64,000 nucleotides of DNA from contig NIVC01000100.1 of the NCBI GenBank assembly GCA_002269645.1, forward strand, positions 806,001 through 870,000. Reading direction: 5' to 3'. Below, in pieces: positions 30,626 through 43,653 of the stretch (position 1 is its first letter; each line of letters opens with the position of its first letter). Source of the DNA: Macrostomum lignano (taxonomy: Eukaryota). The notes beneath the pieces were generated by a model that saw only the letters and a list, made by a program, of their open reading frames with translations, was not told where the DNA came from and did not search any database. Made by a program: the position numbers and the translations under genes.

Positions 30626-31319
30626 GACACCGCTTTGTTAGACGGAAGCACCCAACGGCCGAAAGCTAAAGTTTTCTTCCTCGCGAAAGCGCCATCATTT
30701 CCAGCCTCCGAGACAGAAATCCCAAGCAAGCAATCTGTTAGACGGACTTCTTCTAGGAGAATTACAAGCAGCTGGCGGGCGGCAGACTGGGAAAGGGGTT
30801 CCCGCGCAGAAATAAATTGCTTTAGCCAAGGCCCGGACTGTGATTTATCGGCGTCTCAGCCACAGAAAGCGAATGAGCGCGCCATGCCGCTGCACTTAGC
30901 GTTTCGAAATGGATGGATCCGGAGCTTTCGCAAATGGGCAAAAGGCCGACAAAGAGCCGCTCTACCGAGTCCTTTTTCCGTTCCTCCGTTCTCGATATTT
31001 TCTTCTTTCCGCCTCGACGCATTATTTCCTTAGGCGTCCGAACTTTACTCGAAGCATTTAATACAATCTCCGCCTGACAGAGGCGCTTGAAGAATGAAAA
31101 TAGTTTCTGGGGATTTTTGTCGGGATCGCTCACTTAGGGCGAAGAAAGTGGAAAGAAAAGTATATATTTCCGGGGAAACCGCTTCGTAGGGAACTTTTAC
31201 AATGTAGAAAATGGTTCTTGCAAGAACTGAGTAACTACTCGTAGACATCTCTCTTTGTAGGAAACTACTTTTCTGAATCCTCAACTATGAGGCGTCTAGT
31301 TTATACTCGTAAAATATCT

Positions 31320-31826
31320 ACCGTAGTTTTTAAAGTGCTACCGTAGTTTGTGAAGTATCCACCGCAGTTTGTGAAGTGCCCCCGTAGTTTTTGAAGTGTC
31401 TATCGAAGCTTTTGAAGTGTCCACCGCAGTTTGTGAAGTGTCACCGTAGTTTTTAAAGTAGCTCTAGTTTGTGAAGTGTCTAGTTTGTGAAGTGTCTAGT
31501 TTGTGAAGTGTCTAGTTTGTGAAGTGTCTAGTTTGTGAAGTGTCTAGTTTGTAAAGTGTCTAGTTTGTAAAGTGTCTAGTTTGTAAAGTGTCTAGTTTGT
31601 AAAGTGTCTAGTTTGTGAAGTGTCTAGTTTGTGAAGTGTCCAGTTTGTGAAGTGTCTAGTTTGTGAAGTGTCCAGTTTGTGAAGTGTCTAGTTTGTGAAG
31701 TGTCCAGTTTGTGAAGTGTCTAGTTTGTGAAGTGTCCAGTTTGTGAAGTGTCCAGTTTGTGAAGTTTCTAGTTTGTGAAGTGTCTAGTTTGTGAAGTGTC
31801 TAGTTTGTGAAGGGTCTAGTTTGTGA
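31320..31826. repeat. 19-bp units grading into a 16-bp minisatellite (TAGTTTGTGAAGTGTC)
   Basis: Visible unit shortening near 31460. Confidence 0.92.
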
Positions 31827-32662
31827 ATCACGACACGTACTTTTTGACTTTTAGCTCAAAAAATAGAAAAGCAACGTAATTTAACCAGCAATACAAAACC
31901 GAGCGAACCTGAACGAGTTGATGGCGAAGAGTTGAGTTAATTGGTTTAATTTTTATTTGCCTTTTTAACCGGTGCATTGGATAACAACAAATTTAGGCCA
32001 AACAATTGGTATAGAATTACAAAAATGACCGCTAGCACAGGTAGGAAATGCAAGAACAGCATGATTTGACTGAATAATAAATCCAAGATCTGAGAAAGGC
32101 GAACCAAGAAACTGAGTGGAGGATTTTTACCTGCTATTGCATCATTCAAAGCGGTTGCCCTGCCAACCCTACCAGCAGGAGCTATGTTGCAGAGCGGAAT
32201 AAAAAGCACTTGATCAAAAAGCACAAGAATAAACTGATAAAATGGAGGTAGCATTGAGGGAATATTTTCCTATCAAAGCAACTACAGAAGTTAACGGTTG
32301 TGACGGCAATGACCTACAAATTGGTACGCTCAAAATTTTTAAAAAACAAATTGACATTGCCATTCAGATAACTGTATCGGAAAGCATGAGATGAAGCATC
32401 TTCTAAGTAGACTTATTGAAAGACACTGTAAGTGCTGCATCATTTTAACTCAAACGGCGCTGAGACACGAATAAATAGCTGCTGGTGACGTCATTGGATG
32501 CACAATACAATCGGCGTTTAAATGAAATGAAAAAGGCCGGCTGCTTGCAAGCTAGGGGCATATGTTGAGGACAAAGAAATGCACCAGATCCAGTGACTTT
32601 GGATCTTTGGATTTCACTTGATATCTCAAGCTGATATCCAGCCAAAAAGTGTTTTTAAAAAC

Positions 32663-34386
32663 TCAGCCTAAGAGTGCAGGAACGGAAAAAAGTTTGTTAG
32701 TCAGTTGCTTTCGTCCTGCCACCAACTTTCTTTCGAGCCTGTCGTCCAGGTCGCAGCTGGTAACCCGGGCGGAGCCAATCTGGTATATGAGGTTGGCGCA
32801 GGCTGCTCTATCATTCCGACACTGGGTATTCAGCTGATGCAGAGTAGCAGCTGGGCACAGATCCAGAGTCTGATGCCGGATTCTCTCGGTGTCCTCATCG
32901 CAGTCGTCGTCAAGCCAACGCGGACGGCGTCGCTGGTGCCGACGCGGCGGCCATAGTGAAGGCCGGCAAGTCCAAGTTAATCTCGGCCTTGGAGCAGAGT
33001 CTGAGTCCGCCCTCCAAGGGTGCCAGGACCTCGGCAATAGTCGCAGTTTCTGACCTGCTTCCCTTCCTCTTGATCTCGTCAGTAGGAAAACGCAGTTGTG
33101 CATCCAATATGAGCCGCCTCGAATCGTTTCCTGAATTTGCAATTTGTTAATTGTTTATGACTTTCAATTTTATATCGAATGGTTTATGCAGATAATCGGC
33201 TATTTATTCTTTATACTGATAATAATTTTATAGCAAGTTAGACTTCAAAATGAACAATGTCTATTTTTATCCTCGGTTTAGTACTAGTTGGTGGTGCTGT
33301 TGCAATTCGTACAATGGTGTTGCAATGTCTAGCCTGAAAGTGCCTAAACCTAAATCACAATTACTGTTCTCGATAGACAATTCGAATGTAAAAGAAAGTT
33401 CTCACCTGCAGCGTGAATGCGCCGTCTTTGCTGGTGCAGACAAATGGTTCAGCTCCGCCACACCCACCTGACGTCCGTTTGCGTTGCCTCAAGCTGACAA
33501 TCTGCACCCTCCCAAATCGACTTCGAGGAATCCGCCACGGATATGACGGATGCTGAGTCCAGTATTGCAGCTGGAATAGCTCTGCGGGTGAGTAAAGTAG
33601 CCAAAAATATAGACTTTATGATCTTAGGAAATGAAGAGCAGTTTTCAAAGATTCATTTTGAGAATCAAATTTTAGAAAAATTTAATAGACCATAAGGCGA
33701 TGAGAAAGATTTTTTTCAATCTAAAAAGTCACGCCCAAGTCAGCGCGTGACCGGCGATCCAGTTACTGGATGCAGCCCAGCACTTAGCAAGAAAAAATCT
33801 AACAGTTGCCAAATGCCCCCGATTTTGCCCAACTCTGTTAGACTTACGGATGCCGGTGGCCCTAAAGGTTAACAAAGGATAACTTTACCATTGGCAGCCG
33901 CCCTGGAGCAGCTCTCAGCAGAATCGCAGGCATCAGGTTCGGCATCTATCGCTGCCAGAATCCGCCGACTGCAGCCTCTCAGAGCAGCGGGTCGCAAGTA
34001 TTGATTCGAACAGGTGGATCTCAGTCTGACATGCAGTATTGATGGCTCGGTTTCAGCCTCATCGCATGGAGGATGATGGCTGGACAATCCCAGCTGGCTG
34101 ACTTGGCTTTCGGAGAGGCTGACTTTGTTGCTAGCACCGGAGCATTGCTGAAAAGTAGTCAGTTACTTTTTTATGCAAACGCATCGCTCAATCAATTGCT
34201 CAAATTGAAGTCTAAATGATTGAATTATTTGCAAATCACAGTAGAACAACTTACTTGTAAATAAGCTGCTAGAATTATCGCAAGCAGAGGCCAATTGATG
34301 CTTATTTTAGCGGAACTTCTACAGCAGGACAACCGGGTGGTTGACCTGCCGCCCGTCGAAACCAACAGAGTGAGCGTTAGACACAT
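32663..34386 (-). CDS. Divergent FGF-family ligand (FGF8/17/18-like), about 344 aa, 4 exons
   Basis: Minus-strand exons 34386-34255, 34147-33889, 33581-33406, 33130-32663 have canonical GT-AG sites and one continuous frame (phases 0, 1, 0). Hydrophobic N-terminal segment WPLLAIILAAYLQQCSG; core motifs VRLRSTCSNQYL, RRILAAID, FGRVQIVS, FVCTSKDGAF, NCVF align by eye to FGF8. Confidence 0.65.
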
Positions 34387-35693
34387 TTTCCAGTCCTAAA
34401 CTCGATTGTTTGCGGTTGTGATGCTTCTGGAGTCAAGGAAAGGTGCTAAGAGTAAGTAGTAGAGGAATTGTTCCCAGCTAGAACGCTTGGTTTGCCTGGT
34501 ATTTGTAGATTTTCGTTGGCTACCCTCCTACTAAGCTATTAATAGGAGTGACAAATGCACTGCGTCCCCTGGCGGAACCTGGGCTCGCAGCGTCCCCAGA
34601 CTGTGGTGAAACCCGACCACCCCATGCAAGAAGCTATTTTCGTCTGCCCACACAGTTTCATTAGAGAGTGCGCACATTTCAGCCAAAACTGTAAAGCTCT
34701 TATTTGGTCTACGAACAGTCTTTACTCAGCAAGGCGGGTTTCCACAATATTTTGGCGTTTAAAATCAGCAATGACTCACCAGGCGGAGGTCATGGGTGCA
34801 GCAAAGTTGAACGAGAATCGACACTATTTAGAGATTGCCGCAAAGGATAACTGGAATACAGAGGGCAAACAGTGCTGGTTCCTAGCCACATCTTTATATA
34901 ACGAACGGGATTCGCTTATTGGCGGCTGGGATCGCCAGTTTTGCAGATGCTGGACTGCCCCTGCCCAATGAAGAAGCACACTACGACTCGTAAACAGTGA
35001 TGCATAAAAAAGACTGGTGTATTGAGAGTTTTATATTTTGGCTTAAAGCCAAATACAGATCATATAGTACGTAGGATTGGTGATTAAAAAGTTCTGTGAC
35101 CTACTCTTCCGTAGTCGGTTGGGTTAAAATATACTGAGACGTTTTTACTTCGTGGGCAGTTCTGCTAAAAATCAATGAATTATTTTCAGCTGGAATGGAC
35201 TCCGACCTCTCCTTTAACTCAGCTGCAGGGAGTTCCAGGCAATCCGGATACAGCTAGCAGGTGTTGACGCCCATTCTGCTAACCCCTGGTGACCACGGGC
35301 AGCTAGTGCTGCGGTGTCTCGTAGAGAGAGCGAGGTCCCCATCCGGAGAGTTTAGGAGGTGGATCGTCAATCGCCCGGTAGCCCTCAGGTAGCGATCGAG
35401 CTAGCAGAGATTCTCGGACTTGAAAAAATCCGAGAGGTCCGGGTTTGGGGCCGAGGTAGGTGAGGTGAGCTTGTCCTGAGTAAAGACCGGCATTCGCAGA
35501 TGAAGTGCTCCGCATTCTCAACACCGGAGAGGCAGAATGGATCCTAGTGGTGATGATGCTTGGCAAAACAGCCATGACCCGAGAGGGCCATAGTCACCGC
35601 CCTGATGTCCCTGCAGTAGAGTTCAAGCAGAGCCTTGCGGGGGGCGCGGGATGGACATGGGACAGCCGCGCAGGATTGCCGGCATTCGGAGGC

Positions 35694-35745
35694 GTTAGCC
35701 CACCTTTCCTTGTTAGCCCACCTTTCCTTGTTAGCCCACCTCTCC
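35694..35745. repeat. 18-bp unit x3 (GTTAGCCCACCTTTCCTT) inside a GC-rich, probably TE-derived segment (about 35170-35800)
   Basis: The repeat is directly visible; no termini or TSD were found for the host segment. Confidence 0.7.
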
Positions 35746-36923
35746 TCTCCTGACCACACCCTGTTTTCAGCTTCTTCATGCAACCTTCAAAATGTATTAT
35801 CCCTTTTTTATTTTTTTACGCAACTCGGCTAAATATGAGTGGACATCCAGGCTGATTTGCAAGCAGTTTTTTTCCTGGGGCTACACCGTTTTTTTTACAG
35901 CGACGCGTGCTGGTTGCGCCACTTTCCCGATGGTCAATTGAAGACAATGGACGACCTTGAACATCCGTGACAGAGGGGCTAGTGTCCCACGCAAAAGCGA
36001 TTTAACGCGAAGATAAAAGCGCGACACTGAACTTCCTTTTGCCTACGAGCTTGGCGTGACCTAGGTTAGCACTAAAAAAGTCAGGCTAAATTGGATTGCC
36101 AAGAATACAAAAGTACAATAAGATGCTTAGCTACTTAATCTCAAACTAAGGCATTGGTTTTCTTTTTTTTAAATAAATTAATCTGCGCCCTATACAACCG
36201 TAGACAGTATGGTTTTATGCATTTTCTTCGATCCATTGGCGCATAGAAAAGGTGCCGGTCCTCAACTATTTTCCGGTAATAAAAGCCGCCAAAACAAAGC
36301 AGCCTTGTGAAGTAGCTTTAGACAGATTTTTATTACTTTTAAAGCTTTAAATGGAAACAAATATGACTGGTAAATTATGATTTTCAATACAAAGAATGAG
36401 TGAAAAAATTGTTACGAGGACACCTGGTGTGAAATGTATAAATTGTCCATTGACAACTGCGCAAAAAGTTCCGGATCGGTAGAGCGCCTGCACTGTCTGA
36501 CTTGCGAGCCTAAGGCCCACGCAGACTACTGAACTTTTCTATCCGATTGAAAAACTGATTAGTCATTCTCTACGAATCCTAGTTTTTTTGTCTATTATCA
36601 ACCTCGATTGAGGCCCCGCCCCGACTTGTGCGTGGGCGGCATTGGTTTCGGCTGTCAACTGTTGGAGCCGTGCCAAGCTTTTTTCTTGGATGCTTGCCAG
36701 GAATTTATACGAACTGCGTGTAGTGCATATATGCATGTTTTTTCGGAACATGCGCCAACTTAGACACTGCACATGAAATAAAAGTTCCTTTTTGCTATTT
36801 ATTTGCAAATTCATATTCAGTTAGGAGTTTAAGAATAAACGTTGTAAATCGTATACTAGATAAGTAAAAAGCAAAGTACACAGCAAAGACAATAGATAAA
36901 AACAGATACACAGACAGATAAAA

Positions 36924-37344
<421 letters not shown>

Positions 37345-38358
37345 GCAGGTTAGACGAAGGAGCACATGTGCTTCCCGAGCACAACCTGTTCTTTAAGTGC
37401 CAGTTATCTCAAATGGTTTTTAACCGCTCCCCAATTTATCTGCCCCTTAGGTAGTCAATGCCATTTCCACTCTCTGCTGTTAAATATGCTTTGAAAGAAA
37501 CAATAAGATTTTTTACGAGTTACCAGTTACTTGCGCGTAGCGCTTGCAACCCTCATTTCCGTGTTTCCTTTTATCCGTTTCACTTTCCTACCCACTTGCT
37601 TTTCTTTCATGCCACCGCAAAGGGCCACCGCCGCCTCTACCGCCATCGATATCGAGTCTGGCTTAAACTGACCATCGCTGGAAAGTTTTCGCCCTCGCCG
37701 TTGCGCTAGGGCGAGCTAATTATTTAAGTCTGTCTGCATCCCTGACCTCGTCAATACGGACGGAGATACGCGCAACCATTAGTCAGACAGCGTGAAACTT
37801 TTAGCCGCGTTTTGTACGTATTTTCTCTCGTTCGGAAAGAATATGTTTAGCAAAAGTACAAGCAACATAAGGGTAGCCAAGTAGGCAGCTTTGTTTGTAA
37901 GGTATAGCAGGAAAGGCCAATGGGGCGGATTGGATTTCTGCAGTCATGAATCTGCTGAAAATACTACACATCTTTTTAGAGGCCTCGATGCGGCGCCGTA
38001 CTTTTTGATGGATATTTTGGCATAAGTTCCCTTCCGTTCGTTCGTTAGACTACACCGGTATGTTCATCAATTCCTACAGGTAATTACTATTACGCTTTGC
38101 CTCTTTGGTGTGTTTTAATCATTTTTTAAAATTTAAGCAAATTAACAATAACAAGGTCTTTTTTGAAGCACCAATTTTAGTTGGATTTTCATTTGAATAT
38201 TTTCTATATCTACAGCTGATTTTGTGCATTTGGATCGGATGTAGCTTGTCACATTATTCATGCAAAATTATTTTATAGATCTTTAATAATGATTTCTTCG
38301 CTCTCCGGATGGTAGATGTAAACGGGTTGTCAGACGAGTCTCAGTGCACCAGTTAGAC

Positions 38359-38588
38359 ATGGTCAACATGACAGCCAGCCACAATGGAAACGACCGCACC
38401 CCTAAACACCCATTAGAGTTTTGGTGAGTGCAGTTACGAAGTACCAAGCGCTATACGCAACTGCTGCATCCGAAGAACTCCAAATTCTGTCTCACCGACA
38501 GGGTAGCCACATCTGGGGCTCATGCCTTTAGGAGGGTCGATTTTACAGATCCCTACACCTATGACGAACAAGTAGCTCGAAAAGCAAG
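38359..38588 (+). CDS. Possible first two exons of an unidentified gene
   Basis: ATG 38359-38423, GTGAGT donor, 78-nt intron, exon 38502-38588 in frame (MVNMTASHNGNDRTPKHPLEFWVATSGAHAFRRVDFTDPYTYDEQVARKAR); downstream exons not resolved. Confidence 0.3.
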
Positions 38589-39585
38589 GTACAATTTACT
38601 TACAATACTTTGTGGCAGCTCAACATTGTTGGACACTATAGTACTGTGACGGTTTGAGCCTTTGTAGATCGTTTCGTGTGCCGTCGTTGTGAAAGTCTTT
38701 ACAAAGTAATTATTGGTATTTGATTATTCTATTTAATTGTACATCTGCACGTATTGTTTGAGACGTTAATTAGATTAAGTTTACACTCTTTTGTTTAAAT
38801 CAATTTATACTCCAATTTCAAATTACTATAAAAACGTTTTGAATTTCGCTCCAGTCTGGTTGTCTGGTTGGTCGCTCGGTCGTCGCTCTTGAGTCTTGGC
38901 TTTGTACTGCTGGCTTTAATATTTTTAATAGATAAATATATTGAATAGTTCGACAGTATTTCGACAGCTCCTTGTAATTCGCCAAGTTCACTACTACTTT
39001 TTCACTACATGTAAATCCTGATTGACCGCTACACAACTCATCAACGTCAGCAAAAGAAAAGTAGGCCTACAACCTCGTCACAGTACACCTTCTAGGCGGC
39101 AAAATAATCAGTTGAAGATAAGTCACTATTTTTAATGCAACTCAGAGCCTTTGGAGTAAAAAAAGCATTCGTAACGAGTGGATCTGATAGATATTAAATA
39201 TCAATAAGCTGGTGAACCTCTATGCTCAAGACAAAAAAACTGTGGATGATGCGTTGGAAAAAGGTATAGAGTGATTGAATAAAGTGTTTGATATATTATA
39301 GGTAGTTATCATTGACTCAAAGCCTTCAATCTGTAGTCTAGCCAAGTTGCACTTTAAGAGAAGCTTTCATGCCTAAAGTTGAAAAACCAGACGAGCATAT
39401 GAATGCCAACTAGAGTTGAGGTTGCAACCGGTTGGTTTAAGCTTCATGTTACAACGAAACGAAAAATTCTCTTTAAGCGAGTAAAAATTTTGCCAGTGTC
39501 TTTGGCTTTGAATAGAGCAACATAATGCCCCTAGCCAATTGTTGGCGCCACAACGGTCGCTACTTGAGTATGTCGCTCATTATTT

Positions 39586-40575
39586 TCAATTGAACTTCAG
39601 ACGCTTGATAAAGTGCTGCCGTAGGCCTCGATTGAAAACCATTGTGAGACATGGCACAGCGGCTGAGTTAGCAAAGAAAAGGTAAAACACAGAGGCATTC
39701 ATTCCGTAGCCTTTGACATTGTCTAACACCATTGGCAACAGGCTGGCAAACTGGATCACATTGCCCAGCACAAGTTGCAGCATGGGCTTCTTGGCTTGCT
39801 CAATAGCCGCGGCTCTTTGCTCACCTTCAGGAGCTACAGATCGAGCCCTAACTAGCAGCAGTGCACCGGTAGCCGTGTAGGTGCCAACAGAGAACAGGTA
39901 AGCCAGGATCCCAATGCCAGCTTTTAAATAGGTGTTGATTTGAGAGTACAAAACTATGCGATTGCAAACTTGCACATCACTGGCTTCATTAATACCATTG
40001 TAGCGCCACAACTGCAGAGCTAATTCCCCTGAAGCCATCGCTATTAGGCCTGCTAGAGCGGCCAGACCAACGGTTCGAATGTTCCACCTGTTGGAAGTCG
40101 GAGCTGCTATGGCAAGCAGGCGGTCCAAAGCCAGCAAACTGTACACATAGATTTCAATGCCGATTGCCACATCTCTCGTGCTGAATAGGACTCGTAGGAC
40201 GGTCAAATGACGCACGTAGAACTCGTTCTCAGTGTCGATGCTCCACTCCGAGCTGATCAACTGAGTCCCGTACTCCCGGTTGTGATAGCCGATGCCCAGT
40301 CTGAACAGCAGCAGAGCCAGCAGAGTCGCTGCCACCAGCTCGCAGCAGCTCAGCACCTGTGTGAGCAGGCGAAATGTTTGACGCTGGATGATGCTGCGCT
40401 GGTTGCGACAGTTGCACCCGATAGTGGCCAGGATGATTGCATTGCCAACTAGTGCCACGGCGCATACGATAGAGTAAATCGGGAAGAAGTACAACCCAAG
40501 CGGCCGGCCCTTGTAGTTGCTCTGGAAACGTGGACAAACTTCCACATCCATAGCTGGTGCCGTTGCGTTGTCCAT
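39586..40575 (-). CDS. Intronless divergent class A (rhodopsin-like) GPCR, 329 aa
   Basis: About seven hydrophobic segments; N-terminal NAT sequon; TM1 VGN; TM3 LALDRLLAI; TM7 NSAAVP followed by FNRGLRQ (helix-8-like). Confidence 0.8.
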   Translation of the reverse strand: MDNATAPAMDVEVCPRFQSNYKGRPLGLYFFPIYSIVCAVALVGNAIILATIGCNCRNQRSIIQRQTFRLLTQVLSCCELVAATLLALLLFRLGIGYHNREYGTQLISSEWSIDTENEFYVRHLTVLRVLFSTRDVAIGIEIYVYSLLALDRLLAIAAPTSNRWNIRTVGLAALAGLIAMASGELALQLWRYNGINEASDVQVCNRIVLYSQINTYLKAGIGILAYLFSVGTYTATGALLLVRARSVAPEGEQRAAAIEQAKKPMLQLVLGNVIQFASLLPMVLDNVKGYGMNASVFYLFFANSAAVPCLTMVFNRGLRQHFIKRLKFN

Positions 40576-41797
40576 TTATGCGTTGTATTGCAATGTAAGC
40601 TGTAATCGATAGCGTCTTATGTAGCACTTGCTCTATTGTAACTTTTATAATACTTGTAATTAGAACCAGAGATGAAACTGTTTTTCCGCCTGTTGCGGCC
40701 TTGATCAGTACAGCAAACACTGGGTGGTGATGAGAAAGCAAGTCCGTGACTGGCACATTCAAATAGAGAAATGGAACAATAGGTCGCCTCACCATTGGCC
40801 TACGCATTGTTGTGATTGTTTTCCTACCAGCAGGCAGCATGGCCTAGAAATCCTTAGCCTAAGCAAACATCACTGATCCCTTTTCTATAGTAAGGATTTT
40901 TAATGTTACAGTGAAGGCTCAAATATACACTACGTAAATTTGATCTTTGAATAATGACTTTTATTTAACATTTCAATATGATAACCGTGATGTGTCTTTG
41001 CACATTACCTGTTTGCTTGCATCAAATACTTTCATTTATTTTCTCCAAAAAAGAGGCCTTATTTTTACAGTGGGTATATAATAAATCATGAAATATCTGA
41101 CAAGAATGACCTGAACTCTTCTTTACAAGCGAAAAAGAGAGTTCATTATTTATGCAACCATTTGCTGTGCATTGTTTTATTCATATCTCATACTGACACA
41201 ATTGACGACATCAATCAATGTACTTTAATTGTTTTCTTTGGACAGTGGCAGAATTAAAGATAGCGAATTTATGAGGTATTATGAAACACCCCCGATACTT
41301 TTGCCCTGAACTTTGTTTCTGAACTTAAACACTTTTCAGCGTTCGAAGCGTTCTGAAAGTAAAAAAATTCAATAATGCATTTTATTCCAGGATAGCGAGA
41401 TATTCTTGGAGCAGAGAAAGCAGGAACTGTTTGTAAGAGATTAACGTGCATTCGAATAAAAGAGTTCTTATACCTCTTTATTCAGCACATGGGTAAAAAC
41501 AAAACAGTCTCTAGGTTTATTGGCAGGTGAGAGGGACTTAAGCTAATACTCATTAGGCATGTCTCGTCTTTGTTTGCAAGCTTGTTTTGTCTGTTGCAAA
41601 AGAATGGAGCACACTTGATGGTCAAATATTCTATCAATTGTTATTGTAACAGACAGGTGTTATAGGAGCACTCCAGTCCTCGCTGTAAGTACTATATCAG
41701 AAAATAATGATAAAGAACTCTCAACGTTCTACTATTATTCAGTAGTGCAGAGTAAAATATTACAATTTATACAAAAGGAAATTAAAGTCATACACAA

Positions 41798-42170
41798 GGT
41801 GCTGGTGCCCCTTGGTGCTGGCGCAAGGTGCTGGCGCAAGGTGCTGGCGCCCCTTGGTGCTGTCGCCCCTTGGTGCTGGCGCCCCTTGGTGCTGTCGCCC
41901 CTTGGTGCTGGCGCCCCTTGGTGCTGGCGCCCCTTGGTGCTGGCGCCCCTTGGTGCTGGCGCCCCTTGGTGCTGGCGCCCCTTGGTGCTGGCGCCCCTTG
42001 GTGCTGGCGCCCCTTGGTGCTGGCGCCCCTTGGTGCTGGCGCCCCTTGGTGCTGGCGCCCCTTGGTGCTGGCGCCCCTTGGTGCTGGCGCCCCTTGGTGC
42101 TGGCGCCCCTTGGTGCTGGCGCCCCTTGGTGCTGGCGCCCCTTGGTGCTGGCGCCCCTGGTACTAAAACC
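41798..42170. repeat. 16-bp minisatellite (GCCCCTTGGTGCTGGC), related to the 5098 array
   Basis: Visible tandem units; ends in one CCCCTGGTACTAAAA unit. Confidence 0.95.
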
Positions 42171-42351
42171 CTGTAGTGTACGCTCTGCGCGGTAATAATG
42201 TACGGCTGGCTTGGTCGATGAATTCGTAGCAATATTCTTATTACGCAATACTCGCGTGTCTATAAATATATTGAATTGAGCAGTCGGCTCAGTTAAGTGC
42301 ATCGTTTTTTTCTCTCGCCAAAACTAAATAGCTAGTCTGAGTCATTACAAA

Positions 42352-42662
42352 CCCCTGATGCTAAAGCCCCTGGTGCTAAAGCCTCTGGTGCTAAAGCCCC
42401 TGGTGCTAAAGCCCCTGGTGCTAAAGCCCCTGGTGCTAAAGCCCCTGGTGCTAAGGCCCCTGGTGCTAAAGCCCCTGGTGCTAAAGCCCCTGGTGCTAAA
42501 GCCCCTGGTGCTAAAGCCCCTGGTGCTAAAGCCCCTGGTGCTAAAGCCCCTGGTGCTAAAGCCCCTGGTGCTAAAGCCCCTGGTGCTAAAGCCCCTGGTG
42601 CTAAAGCCCCTGGTGCTAAAGCCCCTGGTGCTAAAGCCCCTGGTGCTAAAGCCCCTGGTGCT
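42352..42662. repeat. 15-bp minisatellite (CCCCTGGTGCTAAAG), about 21 units, related to the 5098 array
   Basis: Visible tandem units. Confidence 0.95.
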
Positions 42663-43653
42663 TTTGTAAACAACATCAGTAAATTCCAGCAGCTGCATTT
42701 GCACCTCCGCGTAGCCCAGCAACAGAAGTGTGGCGGAATTTGAATCTGCCTGCAATCTAAAATGCACACAAAGCACAGGAGTAGCGGATGGCTTGCGGGC
42801 TGAATAATCAATGGTTTTGGGGCAGAAAGTGTTCCTTAAAAGCCGCAGTCAGGGGGGTGGGTGCAGTGAAGAAATGCTCAGCCATCGGAGACTTCCAGCT
42901 TTCTCACTTCTTGGCTGCACGTAGACATCTGCGCACTTCAACTTCTTCTGAAATGAAAAACTGCAAGCGTGCATAGTAGGCTCATTAATTATTCATGAGA
43001 AAACTACTGCAACCGCTTCACTCCGCCTTGCTTTCTCCCTTTCTTTCCCTTCCAACTCTTTTTAGCTATTTTTTGCAGAAAGTGTGCTCCGACATAACTC
43101 TTCACTTTGCTGCAAAAAAAAACTTTGAGGGCGAAACCTTGACGCAAGCTGACTTTGGGAAAGCGAATTCCCGCATTCTCAGGTCCAACTCATTCCGATG
43201 GCTCAGCTCACTTGGCTCTGTTTACTCATTGACTTTTTGGAGATTGCAATAAGCTCAACTATAGGCTTATTCTGTAGATTGCAGTTGAGATCCCCGTGTT
43301 GACAATACGTGATGAAGCCGAGCTAAAACTAAAACTGAAAACGCTCCACTCCACGTGTCTCGGACTTCACTGGAGTGAAATAAAGGCTTGCTGTTGCAGT
43401 CAATCATGGATTCACCCCTACTTCTTGAACTATATGTAGCATATATACACGTATAAGTCGAATCTCTAAATGAAGATTTAATTAAAAATGATAAGTCAAA
43501 GCGTCACGTTGTATGCAGTGCAGCGTATGCAAAAGTGCAACTCTAGGCGCAAACATCGGATATGAATATGATTGCTTTACAGCTGAGTCAATAACTGTTC
43601 CTGTTGCAGCGTATTTACTCAATAGTGTTTCTCTGTTCTAACTTGCGCATATG

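Noticed and set aside
31278-31300. Helitron-like 3' end (short CCTCA/TGAGG stem followed by CTAGT)
   Set aside because: The stem is too short and no 5' TC terminus or second copy could be defined.
32910-33107. Alternative-frame ORF (MDAQLRFPT...) as the true reading of the last FGF-like exon
   Set aside because: That frame is closed by stops in the preceding exon; only the phase 0/1/0 chain is continuous, and it carries the FGF-type CVF motif.
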